64,000 nucleotides of DNA from the NCBI RefSeq assembly GCF_009914755.1, contig NC_060931.1; one strand, written 5' to 3'. This stretch comes from the human T2T-CHM13v2.0 reference genome, Homo sapiens. The position numbers and the translations under genes are program-made. How positions within the stretch are numbered: position 1 is the stretch's first letter; the number at the start of each line of letters is the position of its first letter. Positions 12,901-26,500 of this stretch are shown here, piece by piece. Under the pieces are notes generated by a model. The model saw nothing but the letters and a program-made list of their open reading frames with translations. It was not told where the DNA came from and did not search any database.

Positions 12901-15900
12901 TGCTGTGTGTATTCAACTCACAGAGTGGAACGTCCCTTTGCACAGAGCAGATTTGAAACACTCTTTTTGTGGAGTTTGCAAGTGGAGATTTCAAGCGATT
13001 TGATGCCAACAGTAGAAAAGGAAATATCTTCAAATAAAAACTAGACAGAATCATTCTCAGAAACTACTTTGTGATGTGTGCCTTCAACTCACAGAGTTTA
13101 ACCTTTCTTTTCTTAGAGCAGTTTAGAAACACTCTGCTTGTTATGTCTGCAAGTGGATATTTGGACCTCTTTGAGGCCTTCATTGCAAACGGGGTTTCTT
13201 CCTTTCATGCTAGACTAAGAAGAGTTCTCAGTAACTTTTTTGTGTTGTGTGTATTCAACTCACAGAGTTGAACCTTGCTTTAGAGAGAGCAGATTTGAAA
13301 CACTCTTGCTGTGGCATTTTCAGGTGGAGATTTCAAGCGATTTGAGGACAATTGCAGAAAAGGAAATATCTTCGTATAATAACCAGACAGAATCATTCTC
13401 AGAAAGTGCTTTGTGATGTGTGCGTTCAACTCACAGAGTTTAACCTTTCTTTTCATAGAGGAGTTTGGAAACACACTGTTTGTAAAGTCTGCAAGTGGAT
13501 ATATGGACCTGTTTGAGGCCTTCGTTGGAAACGGGATTTCTTCATTGAATGCTAGACGGAAGAATTCTCAGTAAATTCTTTGTGTTGTGTGCATTCAACT
13601 CACAGAGTGGAACGTCCCTTTAGACAGAGCAGATTTGAAACACTCTTTTTGCGGAATTTGCAAGTGGAGATTTCTAGCCATTTGATGCCAACAGTAGAAA
13701 GGGAAATATCTTCAAATAAAAACCAGACAGAATCATTCTCAGAAAATTCTTTGTGATGTGTGCGTTCAACTCACATAGTTTAACCTTTCTTTTCATAGAG
13801 CAGTTTGGAAACACTCTGTTTGTAAAGTCTGCAAGTGGATATATGGACCGCATTGAGGCCTTCGTTGGAAACGGGATTTCTTCATTTCATGCTAGACAGA
13901 AGAATTCTCAGTAACTTCTTTGTGCTGTGTGTATTCAACTCACAGAGTGGAACGTCCCTTTGCACAGAGCAGATTTGAAACACTCTTTTTGTGGAGTTTG
14001 CAAGTGGAGATTTCAAGCGATTTGATGCCAACAGTAGAAAAGGAAATATCTTCAAATAAAAACTAGACAGAATCATTCTCAGAAACTACTTTGTGATGTG
14101 TGCCTTCAACTCACAGAGTTTAACCTTTCTTTTCTTAGAGCAGTTTAGAAACACTCTGCTTGTTATGTCTGCAAGTGGATATTTGGACCTCTTTGAGGCC
14201 TTCGTTGCAAACGTGGTTTCTTCCTTTCATGCTAGACTAAGAAGAGTTCTCAGTAACTTTTTTGTGTTGTGTGTATTCAACTCACAGAGTTGAACCTTGC
14301 TTTAGAGAGAGCAGATTTGAAACACTCTTGCTGTGGCATTTTCAGGTGGAGATTTCAAGCGATTTGAGGACAATTGCAGAAAAGGAAATATCTTCGTATA
14401 ATAACCAGACAGAATCATTCTCAGAAAGTGCTTTGTGATGTGTGCGTTCAACTCACAGAGTTTAACCTTTCTTTTCATAGAGGAGTTTGGAAACACACTG
14501 TTTGTAAAGTCTGCAAGTGGATATATGGACCTGTTTGAGGCCTTCGTTGGAAACGGGATTTCTTCATTGAATGCTAGACGGAAGAATTCTCAGTAAATTC
14601 TTTGTGTTGTGTGCATTCAACTCACAGAGTGGAACGTCCCTTTAGACAGAGCAGATTTGAAACACTCTTTTTGCGGAATTTGCAAGTGGAGATTTCTAGC
14701 CATTTGAAGCCAACAGTAGAAATGGAAATATCTTCAAATAAAAACCAGACAGAATCATTCTCAGAAAATTCTTTGTGATGTGTGCGTTCAACTCACATAG
14801 TTTAACCTTTCTTTTCATAGAGCAGTTTGGAAACACTCTGTTTGTAAAGTCTGCAAGTGGATATATGGACCGCATTGAGGCCTTCGTTGGAAACGGGATT
14901 TCTTCATTTCATGCTAGACAGAAGAATTCTCAGTAACTTCTTTGTGCTGTGTGTATTCAACTCACAGAGTGGAACGTCCCTTTGCACAGAGCAGATTTGA
15001 AACACTCTTTTTGTGGAGTTTGCAAGTGGAGATTTCAAGCGATTTGATGCCAACAGTAGAAAAGGAAATATCTTCAAATAAAAACTAGACAGAATCATTC
15101 TCAGAAACTACTTTGTGATGTGTGCCTTCAACTCACAGAGTTTAACCTTTCTTTTCTTAGAGCAGTTTAGAAACACTCTGCTTGTTATGTCTGCAAGTGG
15201 ATATTTGGACCTCTTTGAGGCCTTCGTTGCAAACGGGGTTTCTTCCTTTCATGCTAGACTAAGAAGAGTTCTCAGTAACTTTTTTGTGTTGTGTGTATTC
15301 AACTCACAGAGTTGAACCTTGCTTTAGAGAGAGCAGATTTGAAACACTCTTGCTGTGGCATTTTCAGGTGGAGATTTCAAGCGATTTGAGGACAATTGCA
15401 GAAAAGGAAATATCTTCGTATAATAACCAGACAGAATCATTCTCAGAAAGTGCTTTGTGATGTGTGCGTTCAACTCACAGAGTTTAACCTTTCTTTTCAT
15501 AGAGGAGTTTGGAAACACACTGTTTGTAAAGTCTGCAAGTGGATACATGGACCTGTTTGAGGCCTTCGTTGGAAACGGGATTTCTTCATTGAATGCTAGA
15601 CGGAAGAATTCTCAGTAAATTCTTTGTGTTGTGTGCATTGAACTCACAGAGTGGAACGTCCCTTTAGACAGAGCAGATTTGAAACACTCTTTTTGCGGAA
15701 TTTGCAAGTGGAGATTTCTAGCCATTTGATGCCAACAGTAGAAAGGGAAATATCTTCAAATAAAAACCAGACAGAATCATTCTCAGAAAATTCTTTGTGA
15801 TGTGTGCGTTCAACTCACATAGTTTAACCTTTCTTTTCATAGAGCAGTTTGGAAACACTCTGTTTGTAAAGTCTGCAAGTGGATATATGGACCGCATTGA

Positions 15901-18900
15901 GGCCTTCGTTGGAAACGGGATTTCTTCATTTCATGCTAGACAGAAGAATTCTCAGTAACTTCTTTGTGCTGTGTGTATTCAACTCACAGAGTGGAACGTC
16001 CCTTTGCACAGAGCAGATTTGAGACACTCTTTTTGTGGAGTTTGCAAGTGGAGATTTCAAGCGATTTGATGCCAACAGTAGAAAAGGAAATATCTTCAAA
16101 TAAAAACTAGACAGAATCATTCTCAGAAACTACTTTGTGATGTGTGCCTTCAACTCACAGAGTTTAACCTTTCTTTTCTTAGAGCAGTTTAGAAACACTC
16201 TGCTTGTTATGTCTGCAAGTGGATATTTGGACCTCTTTGAGGCCTTCGTTGCAAACGGGGTTTCTTCCTTTCATGCTAGACTAAGAAGAGTTCTCAGTAA
16301 CTTTTTTGTGTTGTGTGTATTCAACTCACAGAGTTGAACCTTGCTTTAGAGAGAGCAGATTTGAAACACTCTTGCTGTGGCATTTTCAGGTGGAGATTTC
16401 AAGCGATTTGAGGACAATTGCAGAAAAGGAAATATCTTCGTATAATAACCAGACAGAATCATTCTCAGAAAGTGCTTTGTGATGTGTGCGTTCAACTCAC
16501 AGAGTTTAACCTTTCTTTTCATAGAGGAGTTTGGAAACACACTGTTTGTAAAGTCTGCAAGTGGATACATGGACCTGTTTGAGGCCTTCGTTGGAAACGG
16601 GATTTCTTCATTGAATGCTAGACGGAAGAATTCTCAGTAAATTCTTTGTGTTGTGTGCATTCAACTCACAGAGTGGAACGTCCCTTTAGACAGAGCAGAT
16701 TTGAAACACTCTTTTTGCGGAATTTGCAAGTGGAGATTTCTAGCCATTTGATGCCAACAGTAGAAAGGGAAATATCTTCAAATAAAAACCAGACAGAATC
16801 ATTCTCAGAAAATTCTTTGTGATGTGTGCGTTCAACTCACATAGTTTAACCTTTCTTTTCATAGAGCAGTTTGGAAACACTCTGTTTGTAAAGTCTGCAA
16901 GTGGATATATGGACCGCATTGAGGCCTTCGTTGGAAACGGGATTTCTTCATTTCATGCTAGACAGAAGAATTCTCAGTAACTTCTTTGTGCTGTGTGTAT
17001 TCAACTCACAGAGTGGAACGTCCCTTTGCACAGAGCAGATTTGAAACACTCTTTTTGTGGAGTTTGCAAGTGGAGATTTCAAGCGATTTGATGCCAACAG
17101 TAGAAAAGGAAATATCTTCAAATAAAAACTAGACAGAATCATTCTCAGAAACTACTTTGTGATGTGTGCCTTCAACTCACAGAGTTTAACCTTTCTTTTC
17201 TTAGAGCAGTTTAGAAACACTCTGCTTGTTATGTCTGCAAGTGGATATTTGGACCTCTTTGAGGCCTTCGTTGCAAACGGGGTTTCTTCCTTTCATGCTA
17301 GACTAAGAAGAGTTCTCAGTAACTTTTTTGTGTTGTGTGTATTCAACTCACAGAGTTGAACCTTGCTTTAGAGAGAGCAGATTTGAAACACTCTTGCTGT
17401 GGCATTTTCAGGTGGAGATTTCAAGCGATTTGAGGACAATTGCAGAAAAGGAAATATCTTCGTATAATAACCAGACAGAATCATTCTCAGAAAGTGCTTT
17501 GTGATGTGTGCGTTCAACTCACAGAGTTTAACCTTTCTTTTCATAGAGGAGTTTGGAAACACACTGTTTGTAAAGTCTGCAAGTGGATATATGGACCTGT
17601 TTGAGGCCTTCGTTGGAAACGGGATTTCTTCATTGAATGCTAGACGGAAGAATTCTCAGTAAATTCTTTGTGTTGTGTGCATTCAACTCACAGAGTGGAA
17701 CGTCCCTTTAGACAGAGCAGATTTGAAACACTCTTTTTGCGGAATTTGCAAGTGGAGATTTCTAGCCATTTGATGCCAACAGTAGAAAGGGAAATATCTT
17801 CAAATAAAAACCAGACAGAATCATTCTCAGAAAATTCTTTGTGATGTGTGCGTTCAACTCACATAGTTTAACCTTTCTTTTCATAGAGCAGTTTGGAAAC
17901 ACTCTGTTTGTAAAGTCTGCAAGTGGATATATGGACCGCATTGAGGCCTTCGTTGGAAACGGGATTTCTTCATTTCATGCTAGACAGAAGAATTCTCAGT
18001 AACTTCTTTGTGCTGTGTGTATTCAACTCACAGAGTGGAACGTCCCTTTGCACAGAGCAGATTTGAAACACTCTTTTTGTGGAGTTTGCAAGTGGAGATT
18101 TCAAGCGATTTGATGCCAACAGTAGAAAAGGAAATATCTTCAAATAAAAACTAGACAGAATCATTCTCAGAAACTACTTTGTGATGTGTGCCTTCAACTC
18201 ACAGAGTTTAACCTTTCTTTTCTTAGAGCAGTTTAGAAACACTCTGCTTGTTATGTCTGCAAGTGGATATTTGGACCTCTTTGAGGCCTTCGTTGCAAAC
18301 GGGGTTTCTTCCTTTCATGCTAGACTAAGAAGAGTTCTCAGTAACTTTTTTGTGTTGTGTGTATTCAACTCACAGAGTTGAACCTTGCTTTAGAGAGAGC
18401 AGATTTGAAACACTCTTGCTGTGGCATTTTCAGGTGGAGATTTCAAGCGATTTGAGGACAATTGCAGAAAAGGAAATATCTTCGTATAATAACCAGACAG
18501 AATCATTCTCAGAAAGTGCTTTGTGATGTGTGCGTTCAACTCACAGAGTTTAACCTTTCTTTTCATAGAGGAGTTTGGAAACACACTGTTTGTAAAGTCT
18601 GCAAGTGGATACATGGACCTGTTTGAGGCCTTCGTTGGAAACGGGATTTCTTCATTGAATGCTAGACGGAAGAATTCTCAGTAAATTCTTTGTGTTGTGT
18701 GCATTGAACTCACAGAGTGGAACGTCCCTTTAGACAGAGCAGATTTGAAACACTCTTTTTGCGGAATTTGCAAGTGGAGATTTCTAGCCATTTGATGCCA
18801 ACAGTAGAAAGGGAAATATCTTCAAATAAAAACCAGACAGAATCATTCTCAGAAAATTCTTTGTGATGTGTGCGTTCAACTCACATAGTTTAACCTTTCT

Positions 18901-21900
18901 TTTCATAGAGCAGTTTGGAAACACTCTGTTTGTAAAGTCTGCAAGTGGATATATGGACCGCATTGAGGCCTTCGTTGGAAACGGGATTTCTTCATTTCAT
19001 GCTAGACAGAAGAATTCTCAGTAACTTCTTTGTGCTGTGTGTATTCAACTCACAGAGTGGAACGTCCCTTTGCACAGAGCAGATTTGAAACACTCTTTTT
19101 GTGGAGTTTGCAAGTGGAGATTTCAAGCGATTTGATGCCAACAGTAGAAAAGGAAATATCTTCAAATAAAAACTAGACAGAATCATTCTCAGAAACTACT
19201 TTGTGATGTGTGCCTTCAACTCACAGAGTTTAACCTTTCTTTTCTTAGAGCAGTTTAGAAACACTCTGCTTGTTATGTCTGCAAGTGGATATTTGGACCT
19301 CTTTGAGGCCTTCGTTGCAAACGGGGTTTCTTCCTTTCATGCTAGACTAAGAAGAGTTCTCAGTAACTTTTTTGTGTTGTGTGTATTCAACTCACAGAGT
19401 TGAACCCTGCTTTAGAGAGAGCAGATTTGAAACACTCTTGCTGTGGCATTTTCAGGTGGAGATTTCAAGCGATTTGAGGACAATTGCAGAAAAGGAAATA
19501 TCTTCGTATAATAACCAGACAGAATCATTCTCAGAAAGTGCTTTGTGATGTGTGCGTTCAACTCACAGAGTTTAACCTTTCTTTTCATAGAGGAGTTTGG
19601 AAACACACTGTTTGTAAAGTCTGCAAGTGGATATATGGACCTGTTTGAGGCCTTCGTTGGAAACGGGATTTCTTCATTGAATGCTAGACGGAAGAATTCT
19701 CAGTAAATTCTTTGTGTTGTGTGCATTCAACTCACAGAGTGGAACGTCCCTTTAGACAGAGCAGATTTGAAACACTCTTTTTGCGGAATTTGCAAGTGGA
19801 GATTTCTAGCCATTTGATGCCAACAGTAGAAAGGGAAATATCTTCAAATAAAAACCAGACAGAATCATTCTCAGAAAATTCTTTGTGATGTGTGCGTTCA
19901 ACTCACATAGTTTAACCTTTCTTTTCATAGAGCAGTTTGGAAACACTCTGTTTGTAAAGTCTGCAAGTGGATATATGGACCGCATTGAGGCCTTCGTTGG
20001 AAACGGGATTTCTTCATTTCATGCTAGACAGAAGAATTCTCAGTAACTTCTTTGTGCTGTGTGTATTCAACTCACAGAGTGGAACGTCCCTTTGCACAGA
20101 GCAGATTTGAAACACTCTTTTTGTGGAGTTTGCAAGTGGAGATTTCAAGCGATTTGATGCCAACAGTAGAAAAGGAAATATCTTCAAATAAAAACTAGAC
20201 AGAATCATTCTCAGAAACTACTTTGTGATGTGTGCCTTCAACTCACAGAGTTTAACCTTTCTTTTCTTAGAGCAGTTTAGAAACACTCTGCTTGTTATGT
20301 CTGCAAGTGGATATTTGGACCTCTTTGAGGCCTTCGTTGCAAACGTGGTTTCTTCCTTTCATGCTAGACTAAGAAGAGTTCTCAGTAACTTTTTTGTGTT
20401 GTGTGTATTCAACTCACAGAGTTGAACCTTGCTTTAGAGAGAGCAGATTTGAAACACTCTTGCTGTGGCATTTTCAGGTGGAGATTTCAAGCGATTTGAG
20501 GACAATTGCAGAAAAGGAAATATCTTCGTATAATAACCAGACAGAATCATTCTCAGAAAGTGCTTTGTGATGTGTGCGTTCAACTCACAGAGTTTAACCT
20601 TTCTTTTCATAGAGGAGTTTGGAAACACACTGTTTGTAAAGTCTGCAAGTGGATATATGGACCTGTTTGAGGCCTTCGTTGGAAACGGGATTTCTTCATT
20701 GAATGCTAGACGGAAGAATTCTCAGTAAATTCTTTGTGTTGTGTGCATTCAACTCACAGAGTGGAACGTCCCTTTAGACAGAGCAGATTTGAAACACTCT
20801 TTTTGCGGAATTTGCAAGTGGAGATTTCTAGCCATTTGATGCCAACAGTAGAAAGGGAAATATCTTCAAATAAAAACCAGACAGAATCATTCTCAGAAAA
20901 TTCTTTGTGATGTGTGCGTTCAACTCACATAGTTTAACCTTTCTTTTCATAGAGCAGTTTGGAAACACTCTGTTTGTAAAGTCTGCAAGTGGATATATGG
21001 ACCGCATTGAGGCCTTCGTTGGAAACGGGATTTCTTCATTTCATGCTAGACAGAAGAATTCTCAGTAACTTCTTTGTGCTGTGTGTATTCAACTCACAGA
21101 GTGGAACGTCCCTTTGCACAGAGCAGATTTGAAACACTCTTTTTGTGGAGTTTGCAAGTGGAGATTTCAAGCGATTTGATGCCAACAGTAGAAAAGGAAA
21201 TATCTTCAAATAAAAACTAGACAGAATCATTCTCAGAAACTACTTTGTGATGTGTGCCTTCAACTCACAGAGTTTAACCTTTCTTTTCTTAGAGCAGTTT
21301 AGAAACACTCTGCTTGTTACGTCTGCAAGTGGATATTTGGACCTCTTTGAGGCCTTCGTTGCAAACGGGGTTTCTTCCTTTCATGCTAGACTAAGAAGAG
21401 TTCTCAGTAACTTTTTTGTGTTGTGTGTATTCAACTCACAGAGTTGAACCCTGCTTTAGAGAGAGCAGATTTGAAACACTCTTGCTGTGGCATTTTCAGG
21501 TGGAGATTTCAAGCGATTTGAGGACAATTGCAGAAAAGGAAATATCTTCGTATAATAACCAGACAGAATCATTCTCAGAAAGTGCTTTGTGATGTGTGCG
21601 TTCAACTCACAGAGTTTAACCTTTCTTTTCATAGAGGAGTTTGGAAACACACTGTTTGTAAAGTCTGCAAGTGGATATATGGACCTGTTTGAGGCCTTCG
21701 TTGGAAACGGGATTTCTTCATTGAATGCTAGACGGAAGAATTCTCAGTAAATTCTTTGTGTTGTGTGCATTCAACTCACAGAGTGGAACGTCCCTTTAGA
21801 CAGAGCAGATTTGAAACACTCTTTTTGCGGAATTTGCAAGTGGAGATTTCTAGCCATTTGATGCCAACAGTAGAAAGGGAAATATCTTCAAATAAAAACC

Positions 21901-23506
21901 AGACAGAATCATTCTCAGAAAATTCTTTGTGATGTGTGCGTTCAACTCACATAGTTTAACCTTTCTTTTCATAGAGCAGTTTGGAAACACTCTGTTTGTA
22001 AAGTCTGCAAGTGGATATATGGACCGCATTGAGGCCTTCGTTGGAAACGGGATTTCTTCATTTCATGCTAGACAGAAGAATTCTCAGTAACTTCTTTGTG
22101 CTGTGTGTATTCAACTCACAGAGTGGAACGTCCCTTTGCACAGAGCAGATTTGAAACACTCTTTTTGTGGAGTTTGCAAGTGGAGATTTCAAGCGATTTG
22201 ATGCCAACAGTAGAAAAGGAAATATCTTCAAATAAAAACTAGACAGAATCATTCTCAGAAACTACTTTGTGATGTGTGCCTTCAACTCACAGAGTTTAAC
22301 CTTTCTTTTCTTAGAGCAGTTTAGAAACACTCTGCTTGTTATGTCTGCAAGTGGATATTTGGACCTCTTTGAGGCCTTCGTTGCAAACGGGGTTTCTTCC
22401 TTTCATGCTAGACTAAGAAGAGTTCTCAGTAACTTTTTTGTGTTGTGTGTATTCAACTCACAGAGTTGAACCTTGCTTTAGAGAGAGCAGATTTGAAACA
22501 CTCTTGCTGTGGCATTTTCAGGTGGAGATTTCAAGCGATTTGAGGACAATTGCAGAAAAGGAAATATCTTCGTATAATAACCAGACAGAATCATTCTCAG
22601 AAAGTGCTTTGTGATGTGTGCGTTCAACTCACAGAGTTTAACCTTTCTTTTCATAGAGGAGTTTGGAAACACACTGTTTGTAAAGTCTGCAAGTGGATAT
22701 ATGGACCTGTTTGAGGCCTTCGTTGGAAACGGGATTTCTTCATTGAATGCTAGACGGAAGAATTCTCAGTAAATTCTTTGTGTTGTGTGCATTCAACTCA
22801 CAGAGTGGAACGTCCCTTTAGACAGAGCAGATTTGAAACACTCTTTTTGCGGAATTTGCAAGTGGAGATTTCTAGCCATTTGATGCCAACAGTAGAAAGG
22901 GAAATATCTTCAAATAAAAACCAGACAGAATCATTCTCAGAAAATTCTTTGTGATGTGTGCGTTCAACTCACATAGTTTAACCTTTCTTTTCATAGAGCA
23001 GTTTGGAAACACTCTGTTTGTAAAGTCTGCAAGTGGATATATGGACCGCATTGAGGCCTTCGTTGGAAACGGGATTTCTTCATTTCATGCTAGACAGAAG
23101 AATTCTCAGTAACTTCTTTGTGCTGTGTGTATTCAACTCACAGAGTGGAACGTCCCTTTGCACAGAGCAGATTTGAAACACTCTTTTTGTGGAGTTTGCA
23201 AGTGGAGATTTCAAGCGATTTGATGCCAACAGTAGAAAAGGAAATATCTTCAAATAAAAACTAGACAGAATCATTCTCAGAAACTACTTTGTGATGTGTG
23301 CCTTCAACTCACAGAGTTTAACCTTTCTTTTCTTAGAGCAGTTTAGAAACACTCTGCTTGTTATGTCTGCAAGTGGATATTTGGACCTCTTTGAGGCCTT
23401 CGTTGCAAACGGGGTTTCTTCCTTTCATGCTAGACTAAGAAGAGTTCTCAGTAACTTTTTTGTGTTGTGTGTATTCAACTCACAGAGTTGAACCTTGCTT
23501 TAGAGA

Positions 23507-26500
23507 GAGCAGATTTGAAACACTCTTGCTGTGGCATTTTCAGGTGGAGATTTCAAGCGATTTGAGGACAATTGCAGAAAAGGAAATATCTTCGTATAAT
23601 AACCAGACAGAATCATTCTCAGAAAGTGCTTTGTGATGTGTGCGTTCAACTCACAGAGTTTAACCTTTCTTTTCATAGAGGAGTTTGGAAACACACTGTT
23701 TGTAAAGTCTGCAAGTGGATACATGGACCTGTTTGAGGCCTTCGTTGGAAACGGGATTTCTTCATTGAATGCTAGACGGAAGAATTCTCAGTAAATTCTT
23801 TGTGTTGTGTGCATTGAACTCACAGAGTGGAACGTCCCTTTAGACAGAGCAGATTTGAAACACTCTTTTTGCGGAATTTGCAAGTGGAGATTTCTAGCCA
23901 TTTGATGCCAACAGTAGAAAGGGAAATATCTTCAAATAAAAACCAGACAGAATCATTCTCAGAAAATTCTTTGTGATGTGTGCGTTCAACTCACATAGTT
24001 TAACCTTTCTTTTCATAGAGCAGTTTGGAAACACTCTGTTTGTAAAGTCTGCAAGTGGATATATGGACCGCATTGAGGCCTTCGTTGGAAACGGGATTTC
24101 TTCATTTCATGCTAGACAGAAGAATTCTCAGTAACTTCTTTGTGCTGTGTGTATTCAACTCACAGAGTGGAACGTCCCTTTGCACAGAGCAGATTTGAAA
24201 CACTCTTTTTGTGGAGTTTGCAAGTGGAGATTTCAAGCGATTTGATGCCAACAGTAGAAAAGGAAATATCTTCAAATAGAAACTAGACAGAATCATTCTC
24301 AGAAACTACTTTGTGATGTGTGCCTTCAACTCACAGAGTTTAACCTTTCTTTTCTTAGAGCAGTTTAGAAACACTCTGCTTGTTATGTCTGCAAGTGGAT
24401 ATTTGGACCTCTTTGAGGCCTTCGTTGCAAACGGGGTTTCTTCCTTTCATGCTAGACTAAGAAGAGTTCTCAGTAACTTTTTTGTGTTGTGTGTATTCAA
24501 CTCACAGAGTTGAACCTTGCTTTAGAGAGAGCAGATTTGAAACACTCTTGCTGTGGCATTTTCAGGTGGAGATTTCAAGCGATTTGAGGACAATTGCAGA
24601 AAAGGAAATATCTTCGTATAATAACCAGACAGAATCATTCTCAGAAAGTGCTTTGTGATGTGTGCGTTCAACTCACAGAGTTTAACCTTTCTTTTCATAG
24701 AGGAGTTTGGAAACACACTGTTTGTAAAGTCTGCAAGTGGATATATGGACCTGTTTGAGGCCTTCGTTGGAAACGGGATTTCTTCATTGAATGCTAGACG
24801 GAAGAATTCTCAGTAAATTCTTTGTGTTGTGTGCATTCAACTCACAGAGTGGAACGTCCCTTTAGACAGAGCAGATTTGAAACACTCTTTTTGCGGAATT
24901 TGCAAGTGGAGATTTCTAGCCATTTGATGCCAACAGTAGAAAGGGAAATATCTTCAAATAAAAACCAGACAGAATCATTCTCAGAAAATTCTTTGTGATG
25001 TGTGCGTTCAACTCACATAGTTTAACCTTTCTTTTCATAGAGCAGTTTGGAAACACTCTGTTTGTAAAGTCTGCAAGTGGATATATGGACCGCATTGAGG
25101 CCTTCGTTGGAAACGGGATTTCTTCATTTCATGCTAGACAGAAGAATTCTCAGTAACTTCTTTGTGCTGTGTGTATTCAACTCACAGAGTGGAACGTCCC
25201 TTTGCACAGAGCAGATTTGAAACACTCTTTTTGTGGAGTTTGCAAGTGGAGATTTCAAGCGATTTGATGCCAACAGTAGAAAAGGAAATATCTTCAAATA
25301 AAAACTAGACAGAATCATTCTCAGAAACTACTTTGTGATGTGTGCCTTCAACTCACAGAGTTTAACCTTTCTTTTCTTAGAGCAGTTTAGAAACACTCTG
25401 CTTGTAATGTCTGCAAGTGGATATTTGGACCTCTTTGAGGCCTTCGTTGCAAACGGGGTTTCTTCCTTTCATGCTAGACTAAGAAGAGTTCTCAGTAACT
25501 TTTTTGTGTTGTGTGTATTCAACTCACAGAGTTGAACCTTGCTTTAGAGAGAGCAGATTTGAAACACTCTTGCTGTGGCATTTTCAGGTGGAGATTTCAA
25601 GCGATTTGAGGACAATTGCAGAAAAGGAAATATCTTCGTATAATAACCAGACAGAATCATTCTCAGAAAGTGCTTTGTGATGTGTGCGTTCAACTCACAG
25701 AGTTTAACCTTTCTTTTCATAGAGGAGTTTGGAAACACACTGTTTGTAAAGTCTGCAAGTGGATATATGGACCTGTTTGAGGCCTTCGTTGGAAACGGGA
25801 TTTCTTCATTGAATGCTAGACGGAAGAATTCTCAGTAAATTCTTTGTGTTGTGTGCATTCAACTCACAGAGTGGAACGTCCCTTTAGACAGAACAGATTT
25901 GAAACACTCTTTTTGCGGAATTTGCAAGTGGAGATTTCTAGCCATTTGATGCCAACAGTAGAAAGGGAAATATCTTCAAATAAAAACCAGACAGAATCAT
26001 TCTCAGAAAATTCTTTGTGATGTGTGCGTTCAACTCACATAGTTTAACCTTTCTTTTCATAGAGCAGTTTGGAAACACTCTGTTTGTAAAGTCTGCAAGT
26101 GGATATATGGACCGCATTGAGGCCTTCGTTGGAAACGGGATTTCTTCATTTCATGCTAGACAGAAGAATTCTCAGTAACTTCTTTGTGCTGTGTGTATTC
26201 AACTCACAGAGTGGAACGTCCCTTTGCACAGAGCAGATTTGAAACACTCTTTTTGTGGAGTTTGCAAGTGGAGATTTCAAGCGATTTGATGCCAACAGTA
26301 GAAAAGGAAATATCTTCAAATAAAAACTAGACAGAATCATTCTCAGAAACTACTTTGTGATGTGTGCCTTCAACTCACAGAGTTTAACCTTTCTTTTCTT
26401 AGAGCAGTTTAGAAACACTCTGCTTGTTATGTCTGCAAGTGGATATTTGGACCTCTTTGAGGCCTTCGTTGCAAACGGGGTTTCTTCCTTTCATGCTAGA

